33,050 nt of DNA from Nemertoderma westbladi. Taxonomy: Eukaryota > Animalia > Xenacoelomorpha. The position numbers and the translations under genes were made by a program. The notes under the pieces are model-generated. The model did no database searches and had not been told where the DNA came from. It was given only the letters and a program-made list of their open reading frames with translations. Each line of letters opens with the position of its first letter. The first letter of the stretch is position 1. Where the stretch lies: the NCBI GenBank assembly GCA_032718475.1, contig JAUCBJ010000170.1, positions 1 through 33,050 on the forward strand, read 5' to 3'. Below, one piece after another: positions 1-11,600 of the stretch.

Positions 1-42
1 TATTGTGTTTACCTTTTAGTTAATATATTATTATGTATATTG

Positions 43-1628
43 CGATATCTCCTTTGCAGAAGTGAAGGCTGCTGTAAAGAGCATTAAGACCAATCGTGCC
101 AGTGGAGTAGATGGTGTTCCCCCTGAGGTCTTTAAAATACCTGAGTGTTTAAAGCTCATCTATCCTATCATAGTAGACATGTACCGAACAACAAGAGTCC
201 CACAAGAAATGAAAACAAATATGTTGGTGCCAGTTCCCAAGAAGGGCAACTAACACTCTATGGTTCTTTTCGGGGAATCTCATTGATCTCGATTGCTGCA
301 AAGCTATACAATAGGATTCTATTAAATCGCATCAGGGATCCCATTGAGAGACTGCTCCGTGGAAATCAGAATGGGTTCCGTAAAGGTCGTGGGACCATGG
401 AGCCCATTTTGGCACTTAGAAGGATAATTGAAGAGTTATCAAAAAAGAAAGACAGGCATCTGGCTGTTATCTTTGTTGACTTCTTCAAGGCCTTTGTTTC
501 AGTCTCTCGCTCACGTATGTTCAGCATACTTTCATTATATGGGATTCCTGATGAAATTATTGCAGCAATCAGATCAGTATACGATGGTTCGACAACATTT
601 GTGTCTACTGTTGACGGTGACACAGAACCATTTGAAGTGTTATGGGGCGTCCTCCAAGGAGACACACTTGCACCATTCTTGTTCATTATTGTGGTTGACT
701 ATGTTCTGCGCATGTCCTTAGATCATTATAATGATGATGGGGTGATGATAACTCCACCTACTGGCTCCAGAAGTCGAGGAAATCCTGCCAAGTACCTAAC
801 TCATCTAGACTTTGCTGATGACTTAGGAGTACTCTCAGAATCATTAGAGGGAGCCCAACGGCTCCTCAGCTCATTAGAACATGCTGCTTCTAGTGTTGGT
901 CTTTTTATTAACTCCAGAAAGACCAAAATTCTGACAGTTAACTTTGAAAGTCCTCAGCAAGTCTCTGATCGGATGAGCATAAGCTCAAAGGATGGTATGC
1001 TTGAGCATGTGGACGACTTCTGTTACCTGGGATCATGGATCCAGAAGTCAGGTGAGGACCTTCGAATACGTAAGGGAAAGGCATGGGCAGTCTTGAATAG
1101 TCTTTCCAGGATTTGGAAGTCACCGAGAATTAATCGGAAACTTAAGGTCCTATTATTTAGAGCAGCAGTAGTTCCAGTACTCCTCTACGGGAGTCCATGC
1201 TGGGCTCTAACTGCTGAGGACACCAAATCTCTGGATGGCACATTCACAAGAATGCTACGCCGGGTTCATTGTGTCAAGTACAATGCACACATCTCCAACC
1301 AGACACTATATAACATTGGAGGTGTCTCATTGGTTCCCCCAAGCTTGACACTAGAACAAAATCGCCTCCGCTTTGCAGGACATTGCTTTCGCCGTGAGGA
1401 CCAGCCAGTGCATAATCTTGTACTTTGGCAGCCTCATGGAGTGAATAAGCATGGTGGACAGCCCATGACTTTCTTGAGATGCATCTTAAAGGACACTGGC
1501 CTTAAAGATGCGGATGATCTAGCAAATGTCATGGGTGATAGGGAGTTGTGGCGGTGCAATTTTGTTGACAAGCCGGCACAGCATTCTTAAAAATGCAGCT
1601 GCAATGCAGCATGCCGATCCTAGCTAGC
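43..1628 (+). mobile_element. 5'-truncated non-LTR retrotransposon (LINE), RTE-like clade, copy 1
   Basis: RT ORF remnant, ~30-nt 3' UTR ending in a short tandem tail (cc-tagc-tagc), and an 11-bp direct repeat TATGTATATTG at 32-42 and 1629-1639 (TSD). Short 3' UTR, simple-repeat tail and C-terminal motifs (LLYGSPCW, RLRFAGH, DRELWR) fit RTE-like LINEs. Same family as 19471-20889. Confidence 0.9.
44..1590 (+). pseudogene. LINE reverse transcriptase, truncated (no endonuclease) and frameshifted near 250
   Basis: Motifs EVKAAVKSIKTNRASGVDG, FRGISL, QNGFR, FVDFFKAF, GVLQGDTLAPFLF, FADD, FCYLGS. ORFs 62..253 and 145..1590 join through a 1-nt loss near 250 (copy 2 has aacctaac, here aactaac). KAFDSV of copy 2 is KAFVSV here. 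Confidence 0.9.
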
Positions 1629-3189
1629 TATGTATATTGTTACGATATATGGCATTGTGTGCTAAAACAACCCATCATACAGTATAGAATAATGAGATAA
1701 GTTGTATTGATGTACAGCCGTAATTAGGTAGGGTAAATAAAATACACAAGTTCATTTTGGGTTTAGCTAGGAAGACCGCATTTAGCTTGAGTGGCCTTAG
1801 CTTATTACACTAGTGCTACCCCAGTGCTACAAACGCCACTAACACTGTTAATGTTATTGGCGGTTTACTGTTGCTAACGCTGCTTTATGTTGTGTTGTTT
1901 AGAAAGTGCCTGATTCTCGATTGTGATGTTTAGATAGGCGCTATTCTCTTGATTGTTTCTATTTCTAAATTTATGCTTGTTAATTGCTGTTAGGTCAAAT
2001 AATACAGTATTTAGGCTGTTGCTAGTATAACTCAGTAGCGTAATTAATTAGTAATACGAATTCTGGAATACTTAGTAATTAGTATGCAACTCTATATATC
2101 TGAGACACCGTAATTTACTTTAGCACTTAGAATAAAATTAAGAGTTTGTACGCTGCATAGCGGAGAATAGTTTGGGTAAATTACATTTAGAAATACTTTA
2201 GGATATTCGACGCTAGGCAGTTATTTGAAAGTAGCGGGTCAGCAGTTTTACAGTGGTAGCGAGGGTAGCGCAGTAGTAATTTCGCTGAGTTAAATAAGCG
2301 CAAGGTCAAAGTTTCGACATTAGGGCAATTAATATACCATCTTTTTGCATATTAAAATATTCTCACATTCGACATTGTTCAGCCTGGCAAACTGCCTGTA
2401 TTTCTCTGTGAAAAGTGAACGCCGAGTGCTAAGTCACCCGCACTAAGTAGCTTGGGAAGTCAAATCAGATTTATTGTTTTGGTTATTCTGTTTGGCTTAT
2501 AAATTGTGATGGGATCGTTGAGTTGTCAGTGAGATCCCGACCGGGTTAGATTGTACGCATCACTTTATTGCTGGGCTGCTGGTATAATGTCTTTGGCCAA
2601 AGGCCGATGGGAAAATAACCTAGTTAGTTTCTCAGTATTAATAATGTCAGCAATAATAGCACAGTCGGAATAATACAGATATTATGAGTTAATCACACAA
2701 CACTATAGTAACAGCAAATTATATATAAATGACGGTCAAAAACTATGCCAGTCTGCAACCGTGAGAAAATCAACTGACTGGTAATCAGTAATTAGAGTAA
2801 CTATATAATTGATATATATTGGTTTCAGCCCTACACTACTGTGTGGCCTTTGGTACCCAATGGATGCGTTCCTATCCTCCCAATCTACTTCGTTGCCAGC
2901 TATTGGCTTAACTATTAATTCTCGCCTCGCCACTCCCTATTGGTGTTACCCCCTGCTGCTAGCCTCACTAGCTGGTTTGTCCCTTTGAGGTGGTTTGACC
3001 TCTCACCTCTCTCTGTGGCTTAGGGCATGTGTCCCCCCCCCCCCCCCAGTTGGTTATGAGGCAAGATTATTATTTGTAATCTCCCATCGCCAACTATATT
3101 GGTAAAATGCCACTGGTCCCATTTTCGGTGGGTGGTGTAGGGAATTGAATCCGCTTACATAAATTAGAACGATTAGCTTGATGTTTTAG

Positions 3190-3242
3190 AGTTTGATTAA
3201 ATTAGTTTCATTTGAAAATACGAACATATCAAAAGGAAGAAT
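3190..3242 (+). pseudogene. First piece of a putative host exon split by the P and BEL insertions (other pieces 6926-6965 and 16600-16633)
   Basis: Removing both elements and one TSD each gives a 127-nt segment from acceptor TTTTAG (ends 3189) to donor A|GTATGT (GT at 16634), open for 42 codons: SLIKLVSFENTNISKGRILFEISLTEYASLLGSLTYNKHPLF. No family recognised. Confidence 0.45.
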
Positions 3243-3379
3243 CATGGAATACTAAATATACACGGAACCAGATAGATGTCCGATTTCACAAGTCATTCTT
3301 AATCTATTGTACTCGATGCATGAATAAAAATTTTGAAAAAAAAATTGGTGGTCATCGATCTCGTTGCCATGGCAACAGA
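3243..3379. repeat. Left terminal inverted repeat of the P element (137 bp)
   Basis: Reverse complement of 6771-6918 except for a few substitutions and a ~11-bp deletion (tttattgctt present only in the right TIR). Confidence 0.93.
3363..3376. promoter_or_regulatory. Perfect RFX X-box palindrome GTTGCCATGGCAAC at the inner end of the TIR
   Basis: Exact 14-bp palindrome matching the RFX consensus, ~260 bp upstream of the transposase ATG; the right TIR has GTTGTCATGGCAAC (6774-6787). Function not shown. Confidence 0.45.
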
Positions 3380-3637
3380 GATTAAATTGTTGCGTGCATC
3401 ACTATCTAAATCGCTATATCGTCAACACTACTTGGCTAAGTAATTCCATAGTAACTGTGATAGAACGCATTACTGTAGTTCTAGAAGGCCTTGGTTGTAC
3501 AATACAATTTCACAGGGTTAAACAACACGACAGTGCGAAATCAGATTAGAACATACAGTACTGTATACCACACCTCTATAGCTAAAGTTAAAACACACCT
3601 TGTCCTACCTACAGTACAGTATATAAATTAATAACGA

Positions 3638-6592
3638 ATGCCTCGTGTTTGTTGTGTACCTAATTGTGGGGTGAGGGCCGGGCCTAGTGCTACGGTATAC
3701 TGTATACCCAAGGACACATCAACTAGGGACAAGTGGCTTAAAGCAGTGAGAAAGCCAGGGGTTTTTTCCTGCGACAGTTTTGGTGTCTGTTGCAGACATT
3801 TTTCATAAAGCGACTTCATTGCTAAGCCATTTAAAAGAAAAGAGCTGAGAGATTCCGCTGTGCCATCATTATGTCTACCAGGATCAGAGAAAAGTGAAAC
3901 AAAATTGCGACAACTATGGAGAAACGGGAAGCCTGGAAGGATCTCATTTCCACTGTCCAAGTTCGCTCGACCTAGTAGTAGTAGTAAGTACGATAAGGCG
4001 AGCCTTAGTATACTGGTATCATTAGGCAACGGTGTCTGTCTGGTTAATTTTTGAGAGCCTTCTGCTCGGCTGCTATTGATGCTTATTCAATTCAATTCAA
4101 TTCAAAGTAATCGTTTGTAAGTTGTACCATCTGTCTCAGATCAATGCACCAGTCTGCCGCTAGGGGGCACTAACGATCTGAATGTTTTTCTTAATATGGA
4201 ATTTTAAAAAATGTAGTATACTGCTTACTAGTAATCCTTCTTATTCTCCACGGTCTGTCTGCGGGGTGAGCCTGTCTGTCTGTCTACGCGTTTGAAACCT
4301 TGATAGAGTATATATAGAGTATATAGAATATAGACCAATATTTCTCATTTTGCAGACTTGGGATTCTCAAGCTATAAACAAATGGTTTAGAGAGGATGAA
4401 GTGTTTAACAATCGGAATGTAAGCATATTTTGGTATGGCAAAGAAGGAGCTATGTGTATTTCGGAAACATTCCCAGAGGCACCTGAATGTAGCTACATAA
4501 TCAATGTATCGCATGATGTCTTTGATGTTTACCGTAATGGGAGTACAATTCCATTATCAAATTTCAGTTTTTTGGATAGAAGGCTCTACGGATTTGAAAA
4601 ACTCAAATGCAAGAGTGTGTTATACAGACTGATGAATGAAATAAAAAACTACCAAGATCCAAAGTATGATAACGAAATCATCCGCTTCCTTGTGAGAAAC
4701 AAGCATTGCCGTCGGGTTTTAAGTTTCGAACCTTCATTGATTAAGAAAGCACTTTTTTAGATATAGAAGTAAGACAGCCTACGAGGAACTCTTGTCTGTC
4801 TTTCCTCAGTTCCATAGTCTATCTGTTTTGGAGAAAATAACTAAAGGATCCATCGATTCATACAAACTTCTCCAGAAAATGAAGATGGACAAAAACGTTG
4901 TTGTGTATTTAGACGAAATTCACTTGCATAAAGAGGCGGTTTTTGCACAAGTGTTACAGAATCAGATATAGGATCTTTGAATAGTTTTATGGTTAGAGGT
5001 CTGAGTCATGGGCAACCATTAGTAGTGAAATCTGTACCCACTGCAACCGCTATGACAGGACGGGAGATCATTAGTAACTTAGAAGTTTGCAGCAACCTAT
5101 GATCAGTCCAAACATCGCCACGAGTGGTGAAAAGTGATAATTCACCAACAAACGCTAATGCTATATTTAAGCATTTTGACAATTCAGAAATTTTACAAGG
5201 TATCATTCCGCTCTTCGATTATAACCATCTATTAAAGAATACCAGGAATAATTGGTTCAAACTAGGCATCTTTGTTTTACCACAGTTCAGTTGGCAGTTT
5301 AAGAATGATATGATTGAACTTTCACCAGGTAGTGAAGCAAAGGTTAGTGATGTGGCCGAAGTTTATTGTTTGGACACTTCTCATAATACTACCGCTCATT
5401 TACGACGAGCACCCAAGCTAACATTCTCGACATTACATGTCCAGAAGAAAAAACAAAACACTCAGCTTATGCTAAATCTTTACAGCGATTGTACAGAGAG
5501 TGCTCTGAGATATTATATTGACAGAAACAGTCCGACAGCAAATTTTGTGCGATTGATGAGGTTATTTTGGGCATTTATGAACACCAAAACTAGGAATCCG
5601 AAGACATCCACTATGTATACTGAGACATACCACAAAGACCAGATTGAGAGACGAAGTTTCTTGAAATACTTTGGTGATTGGGTGGAGGCATGGCGAGATT
5701 TGGGAAAGCCAGGTCTATCACCTCAAACCTTTAACGCCCTCCTATTGACTGTGCGCAATGCAGAGAAAGTGTTTAAACTCGAGTTTGAGGAACTGGGATA
5801 CAGCTTGTTAACACTCATGTCCTTGGAGACTATGCATTGGAGTTGCATTACTCTAAATATAGACAAATGTCTGGTGGCCGGTTTCTAATTGCTCTTCGTG
5901 ACGCACTAAACTCCAATAAAATGTTATCAATATGACTAATCATAAATGAAGACCTCGAAGTATCCGACTTTCTGTTGAAGAAAGATTACTACAATGAAGC
6001 CGTGTTGTTATTCGATGAAGTGTCTGAAATTGTGGATGAAGATGAGTTTCGTTGTCTAACTGTCAATGAAGAATCTCTAGATATTGTTGAATACATCTCA
6101 GGATGGATTGTGAAAACAGTAGGGCTCAATTGCCTACACTGTAATTTAAACGGTACAAATGACATCATTAGCGATTCTAAAAGAAGTGGGTCTACATCTA
6201 ATGAGTCATCTCGCCACTTTCTACATGATATAAATCGCGGTGGTTTAACCATTCCACATCAAAATCTTGTCAACTTCGTTTGTAATTGCATCGGTAACCT
6301 AGAACTAGCATATAAATTCCTGCAAAAAAATATTAAAGATGACAAATTCATATCAGCCGAAGTTCTCTTTCAGTACCTACAAATGCTTCCAGTAGATTCT
6401 TTGCATTCAAGATCAATAATATGCGATATTCACTCCAGTTATTCCTCCAAATTTTTATGCAAAATTATCAACGTGTTTCTGAAGGCACAGAGAAATCACT
6501 TGGCTGAGCTAATAGCTGAGAAAGAAAGCTACAAGACTGGGTTGGACGGTTTTAAGGCGCCTCAGCGAAACAAGGGAAGGAAATTGATCTGA
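3638..6592 (+). pseudogene. THAP-domain P-element transposase pseudogene
   Basis: From ATG 3638: MPRVCCVPNC...IPKD...KWLKAV...VCCRHFS*SDF...LRDSAVPSL (C2CH THAP with AVP box; in-frame TAA at 3806-3808). Later fragments across frameshifts: RYRSKTAYEELL, VVYLDEIHL, KSDNSPTN, FDYNHLLKNTRNNW, GDYALELHYSKYRQMSGG, YISGWIVK..CLHC..NRGGLTIP. Possible intron 3984-4355 (GTAAGT...TTTTGCAG), but its phases do not match without another frameshift. Confidence 0.9.
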
Positions 6593-6770
6593 AGTGCCGG
6601 TTGGAGGAATAAGAAAAATAATGCTGGGTTACAGAGCAGATCAGGCAACTTATTGATGAAACGGAAGCTATAGTGTATGTATATCGCTTTAAGCTTTGAA
6701 CAAATTTGGAAGCAATATTTACCGTATTTTCACTTATCGTAGTTGAAATAAAGGCAAAAAATGAAAAATG

Positions 6771-6918
6771 TCTGTTGTCATGGCAACGAGATCGATGACC
6801 ACCAATTTTTTTTTCAAAATTTGTATTCATGCATCGAGTACAATAGATTAAAGCAATAAAAAGAATGACTCGTGAAATCGGACATCTATCTGGTTCCGTG
6901 TATATTTAGTATTCCATG
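6771..6918. repeat. Right terminal inverted repeat of the P element (148 bp)
   Basis: Inverted copy of 3243-3379, followed by TSD GAAGAAT. Confidence 0.93.
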
Positions 6919-6965
6919 GAAGAATCCTCTTTGAGATTTCTTTAACAGAATATGCCTCTCTGCTG

Positions 6966-7619
6966 TGTCCCGGCTAAACAGTGGGAAAGCGGTTTGGGTC
7001 GCTTTTGGTTATTTTATGAGGCTTTGCCGGTAAAACCTTCATTTGGCGGCTGTAATACTAACGCCCGTCAGCCCGTATTCTACCGTGCTGGCGCGCTTGG
7101 CGTAATTTCATCACCTGAGCATGTAAACGTTAATTGCCAATGGCCCTTAAAATAAATATTCTTTATTATAAAACCTTCAGTTTATTTATTTCCTAAATCA
7201 GGCATGTCACTAAATGCGATATGAGCCAAAAACGGATGACAATAAGAGTGTAGTGGTGAAAATGGAACGCACACGCACAGTTCAAAAGAAATACTGGCGT
7301 TTATACAGCCGCATAGACGGGTGTCTAAGAGACTGCTAGAAACAGATAAAGGATAAAGTAGCTACTGACAGATGCAGTCAGTAGCTGGTGGGCACAGAGC
7401 AGAAAGTCTGATGTCCGTGTGATTCTATTCATCAGAATGAATGAATGAATGAATGAAATAGCAGTACGTCCAGTATTTATAGGTGACAGAGTGAAGAATG
7501 TATCAAATTATTAGTGTTGGCGGGAAATTTGAATGTTAATGAAGATAATGATAATGAATGAAATATCTAAGATATTTTTTACGTTTTTTGAGGGGGTAAG
7601 GACGCCGAAAGCCGTGACA
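6966..7619 (-). repeat. 3' LTR (654 bp)
   Basis: Direct repeat of 15935-16594. By eye only three differences: aataagagtg vs aataatcatgcagtg, gacaga vs gacaaga, gaagataa vs gaagttaa. Confidence 0.97.
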
Positions 7620-7627
7620 GTCCCCCC
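7620..7627 (-). other. Polypurine tract (plus-strand primer)
   Basis: Minus strand reads GGGGGGAC immediately before the TG of the 3' LTR. Confidence 0.8.
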
Positions 7628-7704
7628 AAATTATTGCAACAACAGCAATAATTTGTCAATATAAAATTTATAATTAATTGAGATTATTTATATGTCCAGA
7701 GGGG

Positions 7705-7950
7705 GGGTTAAATGTATGAATGCGTGGAATCCCGCTTTAACCTGGGACCACTATACAGTACAGATGTTGTTAGTGGGACATAGGGGATCATTAAATGGTT
7801 GATTTTGTGGAATCCCGCTTTTACCTGGGTACACTTACTGTACAAGATGATTATATTAGTAAGACAGGGAATAGGTTATATGAGTGATGTTGTGGAATCC
7901 CTCTTTTACCAGGGTACACATACTGTACGCTATGATTATGTTATTAAGGG
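7705..7950. repeat. Three diverged ~84-bp tandem units in the BEL 3' UTR
   Basis: Core GTGGAATCCC(G/T)CTTT(A/T)ACC(T/A)GGG starts at 7724, 7807 and 7892 (periods 83 and 85). Confidence 0.85.
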
Positions 7951-8602
7951 ATTATTTGTATACATTATTTTTTTTTTTTAGATTATATATAGTCATATAT
8001 ATATATACATTTAAGTAAATATGTATATATTATTATAATTGTCTCAGATTTTTATTTTTATTTATTTATTATTTTGATCAATGAACTTGATCCACGAGGC
8101 GATAATGAAAGAAAGGATTTGTTAGAAGTTATGAAATTAAAGAAGTATATGAATGAATTATACAAGAGAAAAATGAGTTTACACACTGCACTAAATATAT
8201 ATACCGGTATGAGATATTTTATAGATAAGCAATGTAGAAGTAATACACCTCCAAAATAAATTTGAAACTTTAACAACTAAAAACTATGTAGTAGACACAA
8301 CCACGTGAGTTTGTGCATATATGTACTGTACTACATATATGCGAAGTACAAGTACAATAGGACATTTAACTTCGTTAATTTACATAATAGGTATGTATGT
8401 ATGTACGGTAATACAGCATGCGGTTCATAAGACAATATAATTAAGTTATTTGGAAGTTACATAGAAGTTATAGCTGTAATTTATTGAAATAAATCGAAAC
8501 GAATTTAACTAAAAATCTCCAAAATATGTGGGTCGACAATATATATAGAAAGAATTTATGTAAAATATGTCATGGATGAGAGGTACTAAAGAGGTGCTGG
8601 AG

Positions 8603-11600
8603 TCAGGTTGCTTCCTCCAAAAGACACATCTTTCTAACTGGTCTTTTGTAGACACCAACAGGAGTTTTAACTTCGGCAGATCGAACCAATCCGGATTTAT
8701 CTGGGAATGTCTTTACGATTCTACCCCACCGCCATGAGTTTCGAGGTAGAACATCTTCATGAAGAAGGACAACGTCATCGACCTGGAGATTTCCACGTTT
8801 TCGATGCCACTTGTGGCGAATCTGGAGCGTGCTGACGTACTCCCTGAGCCACTTGTTCCAGAAGTGGTTCGATATAAGTTGTGCCTGCCTCCAGGTCCGG
8901 CGAGAGTAGGTGTCACTGTCGTCAAATGGTCCGGGAGGGTAGTTATAGGCGGGACGTTGGATAAGTAAGTGGTTGGGTGTCAAGACGTCGTCAGAAGTAG
9001 GGTCGTCAGTTACAGTACAGAGGGGCCTACTATTTACAATAGATTCAGCCTCGGCTAAAGTGGTTAAAAGTACATCATCTGTAACTAGTGCACCTTGCAG
9101 TAGGCCGTACAGAATTTCTTTAGTCATTTTAACCAATCTCTCATAAACTCCACCCATATGGGGTGCCCCTGGAGGAATATAACGCCATGTTACTCCTAAT
9201 GGTTTTAAATCAGAAATGAAATTTTCGGACCAGAGTTCAATGTTTTGTTTCATTTCTGAGTCGGCACCAACAAAGTTGGATCCATTATCAGACAATATCT
9301 CCTTAGGAGTACCTCGACCTGCAATATGACGCCTGAATGAGTTGATGAAGGCATCTGCTGATGCATCAGCAGCAATATCTAAAGATATGGCACGAGAGTT
9401 TAGACATGTATAAAGAATGCCATAACGCTTTATAGTAGAAGTACTACGAGTTTTACGATACTTGACTCGTAAAGGGCCAAACATGTCTACAGCAGAATAA
9501 GTAAATGGAGGAACATATGGAGTAAGTCTAGACTTAGGTAGTGGTGCCATGAGCTGTTCCATCCTACGAGCATGTTTCTTACGACAAAGAAAACATTTAC
9601 TGATTACAGAACGGGATAATGACTGGAGTCCGATTATCCAGAATTGTTGACGAATTGTGATAGTGACCTGGTCACGTCCGGAATGGCCAGATTTTACATG
9701 AGTGCTCCAAACCAATATTTTTGCAAGGGGGTGTGATTTCGAAAGAATGATGGGATAGGCAGCATCAAATGAAACTGGCGCAGATGCAATGCGACTGCCA
9801 AGTCTGACAATGCCATCATCGAATATCTTAGGGCAAAGCCGTGACAATGGGCTGGAAATGTGCACTGGTGAGGAATTGCGAAGACATTTCAGCTCTGTAG
9901 GGTAAAGCTGAGATTGTGCAAAACGCACAATGCACATACCTGCTCGTTGTATCTCTTCAATAGAAACCATAGTTCCTTTTAAAGATAGAACGGAATCGGG
10001 TGAGGTAAAGGAATTACAAAGACGGATAAGCCAAGCTATGATTCTTCGTAACTTATTCCATGATGATGAGTGATTTAGCAAGAGAGTTAAGCCATCGGCT
10101 GAAAACTTTAACTCAGGGTCTGGGGCTACGGTAAGTGAATACACCTGCTCTGAAGCTAATTCAATGCAAGAAGTAGGGACAAATTCTGGGAAGTTATCAA
10201 CTCTCTCACTGAGAAATTCTGGACCATGCCACCAACGAGTAGAATCAATAAGGGCACGAGCAGACAGTCCACGGCTCACATCATCAGCTGGATTGGATAT
10301 ACCAGGAACATGATGCCACTGGTCTAACTCTGAAACGCGAAGAATTGAGGCCACCCTGTTTGCCACATAGCATTTAAACTGGGTGGTTGTGTTATGAAGA
10401 TAAGATAGAACAACTGTAGAGTCTGTCCAGAAATGCGTTTGGGATATTGAGAGGCCAAGTTCAGTTACCATATTAGTGCTAACACCTGTTGCTAATTTAG
10501 CAGCCTGCAATTCCAAACAAGGAGTGCTTTGCGTAGATTTAATGGGAACCATTCTACTCTTAGAAAACAGAAGAGTTACATCAACTGACTCTGGAGATAC
10601 AACTCTTAGATAACTTACACAGCCGTAGGCAACCTTAGAAGCATCCGAGAAGTTGTGTATCTCATAGTACAAAATGTCTTCAGGAGGTGATGAACCAAGG
10701 TAAACTCTTGGTATTGTCATTTCTGACAGAAGATAAATCTCACTAGACCATTTTGACCATGGTTGTCTGAGTTTATTGGGGAGTTCATCGTCCCACTTTA
10801 ACCCTTCCTTCCAAATGTTTTGGATAAGCAAACGACCAGCAACAATGAAAGGGGATATGAGGTTAAGTGGGTCATAGATTGAGCTAAGGAGAGCTAAACA
10901 TCCACGTTTAGTGTTAGGGACCTGTTTCTCCTTATAAAGAAATGTGAAAATGTCAGATTCTGTATTCCAGATTACACCGAGAGCACGTGTAACTGGAAGT
11001 TCATCCATGTCAAGATTTATTGATGGCATGGCTAGTTTGGCTTGCGGGATATGTAGTAGAAATTCCCGCGAGTTGGATATGAATTTCCGGAGAGGAAAGC
11101 TACCATGTTCTAGACAACTTATAACCCCTAAAGCGATGCGGATAGCATCTTTGATTGAATGGCAAGACTTTAAGATGTCATCAACATACATGGCTTTAAG
11201 AATGGCCATGATAATGTCAGCATCATAAAGGTGGGCATGGTCAAGAGCGCAATGTCTAACACCATAAGTTGCAGTGCACGAAGAGCAACGAGCACCAAAA
11301 ATGTGCACCAACATTGCATAAGTATCAATAGTACTGGCACCAGGAGATTGCCAAAGAAACCGCAGGCTGTCAGAATCTTGTGGTGTGACCTTCACCTGAT
11401 GGAACATGCTTTCTATGTCTGCGATGAAAGCAATAGCACCAATACGAAATCGCAATAATACCCCGACTATGGAACAGCAAAAGCCGGGACCATCCATGAG
11501 TTGATTATTTAAAGAAACACCTTTGTATAGAGCAGAGCCATCATTAACAATTCGAATGTGTCCTGGTTTGTTAACATTTTCAACGAAATGATGGGGAAGA

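Larger units (their letters stand above)
3243..6918 (+). mobile_element. P-element superfamily (THAP) DNA transposon, full-length, inactivated
   Basis: Termini CATGGAATACTAAATATACACGG...CCGTGTATATTTAGTATTCCATG; 7-bp TSD GAAGAAT at 3236-3242 and 6919-6925; internal THAP domain and P-type transposase fragments. Confidence 0.93.

Noticed and set aside
1640-3180. Possible degenerate LTR element leader (minus-strand TTGGCGATGG near 3085)
   Set aside because: No second LTR, TSD or coding remnant to support it.
3235-3243. 9-bp TSD GGAAGAATC with ATGG termini
   Set aside because: Formally possible, but P-superfamily termini begin with CA, which favours CATGG ends and a 7-bp TSD.
6952-7155. ORFs 6952..7155 and 15924..16124
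   Set aside because: They start in different flanks and run antisense into LTR U5; their identity only reflects the LTR duplication.
7705-7950. CRISPR-like reading of the repeat arrays (also 18474-19470)
   Set aside because: Inter-core sequences are homologous to each other rather than unique spacers, there are no cas genes, and the context is eukaryotic.
7620-8602. env-like gene after pol
   Set aside because: No long sense-strand ORF; 8058..8276 is the low-complexity mirror of the antisense frame.
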